Origin: an uncultured Clostridia bacterium
GTDB taxonomy: Bacteria; Bacillota; Clostridia; Oscillospirales; Ruminococcaceae
Assembly (NCBI GenBank): GCA_947510165.1
Contig: CANNSB010000004.1
Coordinates: 23,318 to 87,317, forward strand
Reading direction: 5' to 3'
Length of the DNA stretch: 64,000 nucleotides
The position numbers were made by a program, and so were the translations under genes. Below are positions 37,347 through 45,941 of this stretch, piece by piece; position 1 is the first letter of the stretch, and each line of letters starts with the position of its first letter. The notes below the pieces were generated by a model. The model did no database searches. It saw nothing but the letters and a program-made list of their open reading frames with translations, and was not told the DNA's origin.

Positions 37347-37561
37347 TGATAGACCCGTATGAGAACTTAGCAAATGCCATAGTCCTTCAAGCTGTAAAAG
37401 ATTATAGAGATGCTAAAAAGAAACTTAGAAAACATCCAAATAGCGAAGATGCTAAAAAAATGATAAATGATGTAATAAGATTTTTATTATCGGACTGGAT
37501 AATAGCATTAACAACGGTTGATGGTTCTCTGATACTTAAAAAGCTGGAGCGGGAGGAATAA
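37346..37561 (+). CDS. hypothetical phage protein
   Basis: Translationally coupled (ATGA overlaps) on both sides. No family recognised. Confidence 0.4.
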   Translation: MIDPYENLANAIVLQAVKDYRDAKKKLRKHPNSEDAKKMINDVIRFLLSDWIIALTTVDGSLILKKLEREE

Positions 37562-37986
37562 TGAAAGCAAAAGAGTATTTAAAAGACATCGCCAGAACGG
37601 AGGCACATATAGGTGCGAAGAAACAACGAATAGCTGTGCTTAAAGATATAGCATCTTCCCCATCAACACCTAAGTATGATGGTATGCCAAGAAATCCTAA
37701 CAAGGGTGGTTCAGCCATGGCTGACACTGTTGTGAAATACGTAGCACTTGAAGAAGAAATCGAAGAAGATATAAAGAACCTCGAAGAAAAGAAAGTCTTT
37801 ATGCTTTCCCTTATTGGAGAACTTGATAGCACTGATTATCAAACAGTTTTAATCAAGAGGTACTTTGAGAAGAAGTCTTGGACTGACATTAAAGAAGAAC
37901 TATTCTATTCTTTAAGCTGGACACAGTCGTTACATGGACGAGCGTTAGTAGCGCTTGATAGAATGCTTGAAAATGAAAGTAGTTAA
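37561..37986 (+). CDS. DUF1492 / sigma-region-4-like phage late regulator candidate
   Basis: YQTVLIKRYFEKKSWTDIKEELFYSLSWTQSLHGRALVALD resembles an ECF region-4 HTH. Sits just before the packaging genes. Confidence 0.55.
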   Translation: MKAKEYLKDIARTEAHIGAKKQRIAVLKDIASSPSTPKYDGMPRNPNKGGSAMADTVVKYVALEEEIEEDIKNLEEKKVFMLSLIGELDSTDYQTVLIKRYFEKKSWTDIKEELFYSLSWTQSLHGRALVALDRMLENESS

Positions 37987-38067
37987 AAATAGTAAAAAGT
38001 AGTTAAAAGTATTTGAGTGGACTACCCTTGACATGATATAGTTAAACTGTAAAAGAATACTTAAACG

Positions 38068-38104
38068 AGCCTTGCAAGGAGTAAATCCCTGTAAGGCTTT
38101 TGTT
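38068..38104 (+). terminator. hairpin plus T-tract upstream of late operon
   Basis: AGCCTTGCAAGG-AGTAAAT-CCCTGTAAGGCT followed by TTTTGTT. Confidence 0.5.
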
Positions 38105-38127
38105 ATGGAAAGAAAAGAGGTGGCACT

Positions 38128-38490
38128 GTGCCAAGAAAACCAAAGAAACCATGTGCCACCATAGGTTGTCCCAACTTAACTGATGATAGGTACTGTGATG
38201 AGCATAAACATTTAGAGAAAAAAGAAAACAATAACTACAACAAATTTAACCGTGACCCTGAGAGTAACAAAAGATACGGAAGAGCATGGAAACGAATCCG
38301 CGACAGACACGTAAGCACTCACCCACTCTGTGAAGTTTGCAAAGAACTTGGTCGGATGATACCAGTAGAAGAAGTACATCATATCATTCCACTTAGTGAT
38401 GGTGGAACAAATAGAAAAGATAATCTTTTATCTGTTTGCCACTCCTGTCATATGAAGATACATGGAAAGATGAGTCCAGATGATAGGTAG
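38128..38490 (+). CDS. HNH endonuclease (packaging-associated)
   Basis: HPLCEVC...VHHIIPLSDGGTN...NLLSVCHSCHMKIH. GTG start. Adjacent to terS. Confidence 0.85.
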   Translation: MPRKPKKPCATIGCPNLTDDRYCDEHKHLEKKENNNYNKFNRDPESNKRYGRAWKRIRDRHVSTHPLCEVCKELGRMIPVEEVHHIIPLSDGGTNRKDNLLSVCHSCHMKIHGKMSPDDR

Positions 38491-38693
38491 GGGCTATCCA
38501 ATCTCTACAACTAAAAAATTTGGACAGCGGTGTGGGGTCTTACGCACAAAAAGGGCGAAATCAAAAGGGTAATAAGAACCTGTAAAGGCACGAGTAGTAT
38601 TTGCGTTGCAAATCTCCACTCTTAAAGCCTTGACAGAACCTTGTTATCGGTATGCTAAAGCATACACCAATAATATGATGGAGGTGATAAATT

Positions 38694-39242
38694 ATGCCCA
38701 CAAAATCAAATAACATAGGCGGTCGAGGTGGAGCAAGAGCCGGTGCCGGTCGCAAAAAGTCAGCTGTAAAAGAAAAGTCAGAAAGTGGAAATCCGGGCGG
38801 TAGAAAACTTGAGGTATTAGACATTCCTGAAATTGAGGGTGTGGATATGCCAAAACCACATGATTTCTTATCAAGTACTCAGCGTGACGGAAGTGAACTT
38901 CAAGCAGCTGAAATATATAAAGAAACTTGGGAGTGGCTACAAAAGATTGGTTGTGCTTCTAAAGTAACACCGTCACTCATTGAAAGGTATGCCATGGCAT
39001 CAGCTCGTTGGATACAGTGTGAGGAAATGACATCACAGCTTGGCTTTTTATCTAAGCACCCAACTACAAATAAACCAATCCCCTCACCATTTATCAATAT
39101 TGGCATTAACTATATGAATCAAGCGGTTAGGCTTTGGAATGAGATATTTCAGATTGTAAAAGAAAACTGCTCTACCGATTATGACGATGCACCGGAGGGA
39201 GATTTGATGGAACGATTGCTTAAAGCAAGAACGAAAATGTAA
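38694..39242 (+). CDS. terminase small subunit, P27 family
   Basis: Gly/Arg-rich N-terminus then the EIYKETWEWL...LIERYAM..ARW pattern. GGAGGTG RBS. Confidence 0.75.
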   Translation: MPTKSNNIGGRGGARAGAGRKKSAVKEKSESGNPGGRKLEVLDIPEIEGVDMPKPHDFLSSTQRDGSELQAAEIYKETWEWLQKIGCASKVTPSLIERYAMASARWIQCEEMTSQLGFLSKHPTTNKPIPSPFINIGINYMNQAVRLWNEIFQIVKENCSTDYDDAPEGDLMERLLKARTKM

Positions 39243-39256
39243 AGGAGAATAAACCC

Positions 39257-40495
39257 GTGATTACAACAGAAAGATTTGAAAAAGTAAGTATTGAAAAACT
39301 GATTCCTTATGCGAGGAATGCTCGTACCCATAACAAGGAGCAAATAAATCAGCTACGAGGTTCACTCCGTGAATTTGGCTTTGTAAACCCTGTAATCGTA
39401 GATAAAGATTTAAATATCATTGCAGGGCATGGCAGAATTATGGCTGCTAAAGAAGAAGGTTTAAATGAAGTACCATGTGTATTTGTAGAACATCTAACCA
39501 ATGCACAAAAGAGAGCCTATATCTTAGCCGATAATAGACTTGCTCTTAATGCTGGTTGGGACGAGGATATGTTATCTGTGGAATTATCAGAACTTATGGG
39601 GGATGATTTTGACTTATCACTTCTTGGATTTGATGGTGCTGAAATAGATAAATTACTTGGAATGAATGAGGCTGTTATAGACGATGAATTTGATGTTGAG
39701 GAAGAATTAAAGAAACCCACTATAACTAAACACGGTGACATTTGGCAACTTGGAAATCACAGACTTATCTGTGGTGATAGCACCATAGAAGAAACATACA
39801 TATTGCTTATGGACGGAAAGAAAGCAAATCTAGTAGTGACGGATCCACCATACAATGTGAACTATGAAGGTAGTGCTGGAAAGATAAAAAATGACAACAT
39901 GGATAACACTGCATTCTATCAATTTTTATTTGATGCCTTTTCCAATATGGAAAAAGTTATGGCTGAAGATTCGAGTATCTATGTGTTTCATGCAGATACC
40001 GAGGGGCTGAACTTTAGAAAAGCATTTATTGATGCAGGATTCTATCTAAGTGGTACTTGCATTTGGAAAAAGCAATCCTTAGTGCTTGGTCGCTCTCCAT
40101 ATCAGTGGCAACATGAACCTGTGCTATTTGGTTGGAAGAAAAAAGGAAAGCATCAATGGTATACAGGTAGAAAAGAGACCACGATTTGGGAGTTTGATAA
40201 ACCAAAGAAGAATACTGATCACCCTACGATGAAACCAATCCCACTTATTGCTTATACGATACTCAATTCAAGTTTAAGTAATTGTATTGTGCTTGACCCA
40301 TTTGGTGGCAGTGGTTCTACATTAATTGCATCAGAGCAGACAAACAGAATTTGTTACACTATAGAACTAGATGAGAAGTTTTGTGATGTAATCATAAAAA
40401 GATATATAGAGCAAGTGGGAACAGATATTGATGTATTTGTTTTGAGAGATGGAAATACCTACTCCTACCAAGAAGTGAAGGTGCAAGATGAATAA
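39257..40495 (+). CDS. ParB-like nuclease domain fused to N6/N4 DNA methyltransferase
   Basis: ParB box IIAGHGR. Methyltransferase motif IV TDPPYN. Motif I region LDPFGGSGST. Confidence 0.85.
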   Translation: MITTERFEKVSIEKLIPYARNARTHNKEQINQLRGSLREFGFVNPVIVDKDLNIIAGHGRIMAAKEEGLNEVPCVFVEHLTNAQKRAYILADNRLALNAGWDEDMLSVELSELMGDDFDLSLLGFDGAEIDKLLGMNEAVIDDEFDVEEELKKPTITKHGDIWQLGNHRLICGDSTIEETYILLMDGKKANLVVTDPPYNVNYEGSAGKIKNDNMDNTAFYQFLFDAFSNMEKVMAEDSSIYVFHADTEGLNFRKAFIDAGFYLSGTCIWKKQSLVLGRSPYQWQHEPVLFGWKKKGKHQWYTGRKETTIWEFDKPKKNTDHPTMKPIPLIAYTILNSSLSNCIVLDPFGGSGSTLIASEQTNRICYTIELDEKFCDVIIKRYIEQVGTDIDVFVLRDGNTYSYQEVKVQDE

Positions 40496-42221
40496 TTTAA
40501 CTTTGGGTTCTCTATTTGATGGTTCAGGAGGATTTCCCCTTGCTGCACTTCACTGTGGAATTACTCCAATATGGAGTTCTGAAATTGAGCCCTTCCCTAT
40601 AAGGGTTACAACTAAAAATTTACCTCAAGTGAAACACTTGGGAGATATACATAATATCCACGGTGATGAGATTGCTCCCGTGGATATTATTACTTTTGGA
40701 AGTCCTTGCACAAACCTTTCTGTTGCCGGAAAGCGTGAGGGTTTAATGGGTGAACAATCCATACTATTTTATGAAGCAATCAGAATTATTAAAGAAATGA
40801 GGCGAGTAACTAATGGAAAATATCCAAGATATGCATTATGGGAAAACGTCCCCGGCGCATTCTCTTCAAACAAAGGTCAAGACTTCAAGGCAGTCCTTGA
40901 TGCTTTTGCAAAAATCAAAGATGAAACCATATCTTTTCCTTTGCATACCAAGTGGACAAAGGCAGGTCTTATTGTGGGAAGTGATTACTCCATCTGCTAC
41001 AGAACACTTGACGCTAGGTACTTCGGAGTACCCCAACGAAGAAAGAGAATCTTCCTTGTCGCAGATTTTAATGGCAGATGTGCCGGTAAAATATTATTTA
41101 AGCCAAAGAGCGTGCCTTGGAATTTTAAAGAGAGCCGAGAGCCGTGGCAAAGAGCTACCACCGGTTCTTCAAAAGGCACTGGAGATGCAAGCTGTGAATT
41201 GACAGCTTTTGAAAATCACAGCCAAGATACAAGATACAAAGAACTTGATGAAGTTGCACCAACTGTTTCAGCTACTTACGGATTAGGTGGAAATAACCAA
41301 CCTTTTGTTGTTGAAACTCCTAAAACTTTGAAAATCAGAAGTGGTTGTGAGGGTGGTGGTAAAGGAGCACTTGTGCAAGATAATATATCAGCTACTCTCG
41401 GTTGTAATAATGACCAAACAGTATTTATACCTTATGGTATTTGCTCTAAGGATAGCAACTCTATGAAAAGTGATAATCCTCACAGTGGATTTTATGAGGC
41501 AGATACTGCAAGAACTGTTGATGCAAACGGTGGAAATCCATCATGCAATCAAGGTGGTATTGCAGTAGTTGCTTTGCAAGGTTCTATGATTGGAAGGAAA
41601 GATGAAAACGGACCACAAGGTAATGGTATCAATGAAAATGTCAGCTTTACATTAAATGCAACTGATAAACACGCAGTGGTTTATGCACTGGATCGAGAAA
41701 GTTTTAACTGTGGCAGTGGCTTTGCAAGAAGTCCCGGAATTACTGATGATGGAATAAACTCAACGCTTAATTCACAAGGGCCAAGTGCAGTAGCTGTTCC
41801 TACCTACTGCTCAAGCAAGGCTTCGTTCTTTACAAGAGCAGAGGAAGAAGTCGCAAATACACTTGTGGCAACAGACTATAAAGATCCGCCATTAATCAAC
41901 GCTCCCGAATATATCGTAAGAAGATTAACTCCGAGCGAGTGTGCAAGACTCCAAGGGTTTCCTGATTATTGGTGCAGTGATCTTGGAACTGAAAATCCTA
42001 CTGAAGAAGATATTGGTTTTTGGAGTAACGTATTTGAAACTCACAGAAAAGCTATGGGTAAAAGTACAAAACCCAAAAGCAGAAATCAGATTATAAAGTG
42101 GTTACAGAAACCACATTCTGATTCAGCAGAATATAAAATGTGGGGTAACGGAGTGGCGCTGCCTTGCGTAATTTATGTACTTGAATCTATGGCATATTAT
42201 ACACAAAATGAAGATTTGTAA
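40488..42221 (+). CDS. DNA (cytosine-5)-methyltransferase, phage orphan, with long target-recognition insert
   Basis: FDGSGGF, GSPCTNLS, ENVPG, PQRRKR, GNGVALPC. Confidence 0.85.
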   Translation: MNNLTLGSLFDGSGGFPLAALHCGITPIWSSEIEPFPIRVTTKNLPQVKHLGDIHNIHGDEIAPVDIITFGSPCTNLSVAGKREGLMGEQSILFYEAIRIIKEMRRVTNGKYPRYALWENVPGAFSSNKGQDFKAVLDAFAKIKDETISFPLHTKWTKAGLIVGSDYSICYRTLDARYFGVPQRRKRIFLVADFNGRCAGKILFKPKSVPWNFKESREPWQRATTGSSKGTGDASCELTAFENHSQDTRYKELDEVAPTVSATYGLGGNNQPFVVETPKTLKIRSGCEGGGKGALVQDNISATLGCNNDQTVFIPYGICSKDSNSMKSDNPHSGFYEADTARTVDANGGNPSCNQGGIAVVALQGSMIGRKDENGPQGNGINENVSFTLNATDKHAVVYALDRESFNCGSGFARSPGITDDGINSTLNSQGPSAVAVPTYCSSKASFFTRAEEEVANTLVATDYKDPPLINAPEYIVRRLTPSECARLQGFPDYWCSDLGTENPTEEDIGFWSNVFETHRKAMGKSTKPKSRNQIIKWLQKPHSDSAEYKMWGNGVALPCVIYVLESMAYYTQNEDL

Positions 42222-42319
42222 ACTCCCGAAAATCGTGTAATTTATTATCGCAAATTGACTTGCTATAGTCCATGAGTAGCGGTAATATCTACACTACCAA
42301 AGAAGAAGGAGGTCTTACA

Positions 42320-43204
42320 ATGGAAATTAAATTAAATGTAACAGGAGCAAAAAGAAAAGAATTAGTGGCGGCTATGGGTGAGATTTTAGAGGTCAAACCT
42401 AAATACCTTGGAATGCCAACAGCTGCTTATGAGGTGGATTATTTCACAGTAGACAAAGTCGGTACTATCAGCTTTGATGATAAGGTGAATTGTGCCAACG
42501 GCACAAGAGAAGATGCCTTGGGGTACAGAGCAGATGGCGAGGAAATTGAAACCTTACTTAACTGCCTTGCACAGAAAGGCTTTGTGGCAGAAGAAAATCA
42601 AGGGGCAAATGATGCCACCGAAGAAGAAAAAGTACCTGTTAAGCGAGTACAGGCTGACTGTGGCGAAGCTGTAGGGCTTATAATTGAAATGCCGAGAGAT
42701 AGTTTTGATGAAACATCTCTTACTAACATTGAAAACCTCATAAGTTCAAAGGCTACCCTTATTAAAAAGGCACTTGGAATTGAAGGATTGCCTATTGAGT
42801 TTGGAGAAGAAAGAATTAGTTTCCCTTGGTTTACGCATATCCCATCGGACAATGAATCGACGAAGGCATATACTACATTTGTTTATCTACTAACAGAAAT
42901 GGCCAAAAAGCAAAAACGAATTAACGCAAAAGAAAAACCAACCGACAATGAAAAGTATGCTTTTAGGTGCTTTTTGCTAAGGCTTGGCTTTATTGGAGAG
43001 AATTACAAAAACGAGAGAAAGATACTACTTCAAAACTTTAGAGGCTCATCAGCCTTTAGAGGGAAGAAATACAGAGTAGAACTTGCTGATGATGAATTTA
43101 AAACATTTACTGCTCCAAACGAAATTAAGGCTCAGGAACTGGCATGGCAGATAGCTGAAGAACATGGTAGTAGTTTTTGTGAACTACATGAGGAGGTGGA
43201 GTAA
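42320..43204 (+). CDS. hypothetical phage protein
   Basis: AAGGAGG RBS before ATG 42320. No family recognised. Confidence 0.4.
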   Translation: MEIKLNVTGAKRKELVAAMGEILEVKPKYLGMPTAAYEVDYFTVDKVGTISFDDKVNCANGTREDALGYRADGEEIETLLNCLAQKGFVAEENQGANDATEEEKVPVKRVQADCGEAVGLIIEMPRDSFDETSLTNIENLISSKATLIKKALGIEGLPIEFGEERISFPWFTHIPSDNESTKAYTTFVYLLTEMAKKQKRINAKEKPTDNEKYAFRCFLLRLGFIGENYKNERKILLQNFRGSSAFRGKKYRVELADDEFKTFTAPNEIKAQELAWQIAEEHGSSFCELHEEVE

Positions 43205-43591
43205 GTGGCTTTTCCAAGTAGAGAAATTGTAAAAAGGGTAAGAATAGATTATCCAATTGGTACACGAGTGCGATTAGTTCGCATGGACGATGAACAAGCA
43301 CCACCGATTGGAACGAAAGGAACGGTTACAGGTGTTGATGATACAGCAAGCATAATGGTGGATTGGGATAGCGGTTCTCACTTAAATGTAGTTTATGAAG
43401 AAGATAGTTGTGCGAAACTTGACCCTGTCACCACTATTTGTTACAGGCAAAAAGATGGGTGGGAGGATAGACAAGAGGCTGTAAATTTCTTTCTAAGAGC
43501 CACGGCAGGAAGTGAAGGCTCTGAGCAAAGTAGATATGTGAAAATTTATCAAGAATTGTTGATGGGATATGAGGTGGCAACAGATGAATGA
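43205..43591 (+). CDS. DUF4314-like phage protein
   Basis: PIGTKGTVTGVDDTASIMVDWDSG pattern. GTG start. Confidence 0.45.
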   Translation: MAFPSREIVKRVRIDYPIGTRVRLVRMDDEQAPPIGTKGTVTGVDDTASIMVDWDSGSHLNVVYEEDSCAKLDPVTTICYRQKDGWEDRQEAVNFFLRATAGSEGSEQSRYVKIYQELLMGYEVATDE

Positions 43592-43766
43592 GAAAATCAA
43601 AGAGCAAATATTAAAAGTCAGAGCCACAGGCAAAACCAATATGTTATTAACCTCGGAAGTACAGGTAATCGCTGACGAAATGAGATTCTATGAACTGGTT
43701 ATCTTCCTTGAAGAACATAGAAAAGAATATATGAACTTCATCATGTATGGAGATGATAACAATTAA
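43569..43766 (+). CDS. hypothetical small phage protein
   Basis: 65-aa ORF overlapping the previous gene. No family recognised. Confidence 0.3.
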   Translation: MRWQQMNEKIKEQILKVRATGKTNMLLTSEVQVIADEMRFYELVIFLEEHRKEYMNFIMYGDDNN

Positions 43767-43839
43767 ATAAATGGGAATTAGAGCAGTGGCTCTTTTTCTC
43801 GTAGTAGGAACAGACCTAAGAGGTTTTTTTTAATGCTCA

Positions 43840-45456
43840 ATGGAGGTGATGACAATACGAAAACTTAAAAAATACAAACCTACAAAGTTTAAACTAAAGG
43901 ATTCTATCTACAATGAAACATTAGCGGACTTTGCAGTGAACTTTATTGAATGTCTTTGTCATACCAAAGGGATATGGGCAGGTAAACCTTTCGAACTGAT
44001 AGATTGGCAAGAGCAAATCATAAGGGATTTATTCGGTATTATAAAGCCAAACGGATACAGGCAATTTAATACTGCTTATGTTGAAATACCCAAAAAGCAA
44101 GGAAAGAGTGAGCTTGCGGCGGCTATTGCCCTGCTACTCACTTGTGGAGACAATGAGGAACGAGCCGAGGTTTATGGGTGTGCTGCTGATAGAGGTCAAG
44201 CATCTATTGTATTTGAAGTGGCGGCAGACATGGTTCGTATGTGTCCAGCACTAAATAAAAGAGTTAAGATACTCGCATCTCAAAAGAGAATTGTATATTT
44301 GCCTACAAACAGTTTTTACCAAGTGCTATCTGCTGAAGCTTATTCAAAGCACGGATTTAATATACACGGAGTGGTGTTTGATGAACTTCATACTCAGCCA
44401 AATAGAAAACTGTTTGATGTTATGACCAAAGGTAGTGGTGATGCCCGAACGCAACCACTGTATTTTCTTATCACTACAGCAGGAACAGATACCAACTCTA
44501 TCTGCTATGAAACACATCAAAAAGCAAAAGACATTATTGACGGAAGAAAAAGAGATTCTACTTTCTATCCTGTAATTTATGGTGCTGAAGAAAGCGATGA
44601 TTGGACACTTCAAAAAACATGGAAGAAAGCGAATCCCTCACTTGGTATTACCGTTGCTATAGATAAAGTAAAGATAGCTTGTGAATCTGCAAAGCAGAAC
44701 CCTGCAGAAGAGAATTCGTTTAGACAATTAAGACTTAATCAATGGGTAAAGCAAGCAGTCCGTTGGATGCCGATGGAAAAATGGGATAGATGTAGCTTCC
44801 CTGTAAGTGAGAAAGATTTAGAAGGTAGAGTTTGCTATGGTGGTCTTGATTTATCATCTACTACTGACATTACAGCTTTTGTGCTTATCTTTCCACCAGA
44901 AGATAGCGATGATAAATACATCGTTTTACCATTCTTTTGGATACCAGAAGAAACCTTAGAACTTAGAGCTCGCAGAGATCATGTAAATTATGACCTTTGG
45001 GAAAAACAAGGATATCTTAAAACTACAGAGGGAAATGTGGTTCACTATGGATTTATTGAAACCTTTATAGAGGAACTTGGTAAGAAATATAACATCAGAG
45101 AAATTGCTTTTGACCGTTGGGGTGCTGTGCAGATGGTACAGAACCTCGAGGGTATGGGATTTACAGTCGTTCCTTTCGGGCAAGGATTTAAAGATATGTC
45201 ACCACCGACTAAGGAGTTAATGAAAATCACACTGGAACAAAAACTTGCTCATGGTGGGAACCCTATTCTTCGTTGGAATATGGATAATATTTTTATTAGA
45301 ACAGATCCTGCCGGAAATATAAAGGCAGACAAGGAAAAATCCACAGAGAAGATTGATGGTGCTGTAGCAACTATTATGGCACTAGATAGGGCGATAAGAT
45401 GTGGCAATAGTAACTCAGCATCTGTTTATGATGAGAGAGGGATTTTGTTTATATAA
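43840..45456 (+). CDS. terminase large subunit (Terminase_1 family)
   Basis: VEIPKKQGKSELAAA Walker A-like, VVFDELH Walker B, nuclease region GGLDLSSTTD...DGAVA. Confidence 0.88.
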   Translation: MEVMTIRKLKKYKPTKFKLKDSIYNETLADFAVNFIECLCHTKGIWAGKPFELIDWQEQIIRDLFGIIKPNGYRQFNTAYVEIPKKQGKSELAAAIALLLTCGDNEERAEVYGCAADRGQASIVFEVAADMVRMCPALNKRVKILASQKRIVYLPTNSFYQVLSAEAYSKHGFNIHGVVFDELHTQPNRKLFDVMTKGSGDARTQPLYFLITTAGTDTNSICYETHQKAKDIIDGRKRDSTFYPVIYGAEESDDWTLQKTWKKANPSLGITVAIDKVKIACESAKQNPAEENSFRQLRLNQWVKQAVRWMPMEKWDRCSFPVSEKDLEGRVCYGGLDLSSTTDITAFVLIFPPEDSDDKYIVLPFFWIPEETLELRARRDHVNYDLWEKQGYLKTTEGNVVHYGFIETFIEELGKKYNIREIAFDRWGAVQMVQNLEGMGFTVVPFGQGFKDMSPPTKELMKITLEQKLAHGGNPILRWNMDNIFIRTDPAGNIKADKEKSTEKIDGAVATIMALDRAIRCGNSNSASVYDERGILFI

Positions 45457-45481
45457 AATTCACATCCAATTAAAAAGGGAG

Positions 45482-45510
45482 TTGACCAGACGCCTTGAGC
45501 GTGATATAAT
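45482..45510 (+). promoter_or_regulatory. near-consensus sigma-70/sigma-A promoter
   Basis: TTGACC, exactly 17 nt, TATAAT (counted by hand), inside the terL-portal gap. Confidence 0.7.
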
Positions 45511-45561
45511 TTGCCTAGGTGATTGAACAGATACCTAAATATTGCGAAAGGAGTAAGTGAT

Positions 45562-45876
45562 ATGAGAGTTCAATTTTCAGTTAATGCTGCTGAATGGGCA
45601 AAGTTGCAACAATTAGCATCAGCGAATGGATACCCAGATGTTCCTTCATATTGTAGAGATATCTCTTTAGAAGAAAGAACCTATGCAATGATGTGGAAAA
45701 ACATGACTAATGAAATAGCTAAAATGCCTTCTGGTCAAACATTTGCCTTGAGAGATTTAATACAATCTCCACCAGCTAATTTAGGAGTAAAGTTATATGA
45801 AAATCAGGCTAAACTTGGAATACATGTAAACCCGCAAAAAGATAGTTTGAAAACAAATATATTTACAAAAAAATAG
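45562..45876 (+). CDS. moron-encoded hypothetical protein (104 aa)
   Basis: AAAGGAG RBS. Own promoter upstream and own terminator downstream. No family recognised. Confidence 0.55.
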   Translation: MRVQFSVNAAEWAKLQQLASANGYPDVPSYCRDISLEERTYAMMWKNMTNEIAKMPSGQTFALRDLIQSPPANLGVKLYENQAKLGIHVNPQKDSLKTNIFTKK

Positions 45877-45883
45877 TTTTATG

Positions 45884-45910
45884 AAAGCACCTCAAAACGA
45901 GGTGCTTTTT
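45884..45910 (+). terminator. rho-independent terminator
   Basis: AAAGCACCTC-AAAAC-GAGGTGCTTT followed by TT. Confidence 0.75.
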
Positions 45911-45941
45911 AATACCCATTTTTAGAAAGAAGGTGATACAA

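Noticed and set aside
38491-38693. Small palindromes (ATTTGC-GTT-GCAAAT and GTATGCT-AA-AGCATAC) between HNH and terS were considered as the cos site.
   Set aside because: The location is plausible, since HNH plus a P27-family terS usually flank cos. However, cohesive ends cannot be deduced from sequence alone, and the palindromes are short enough to be chance.
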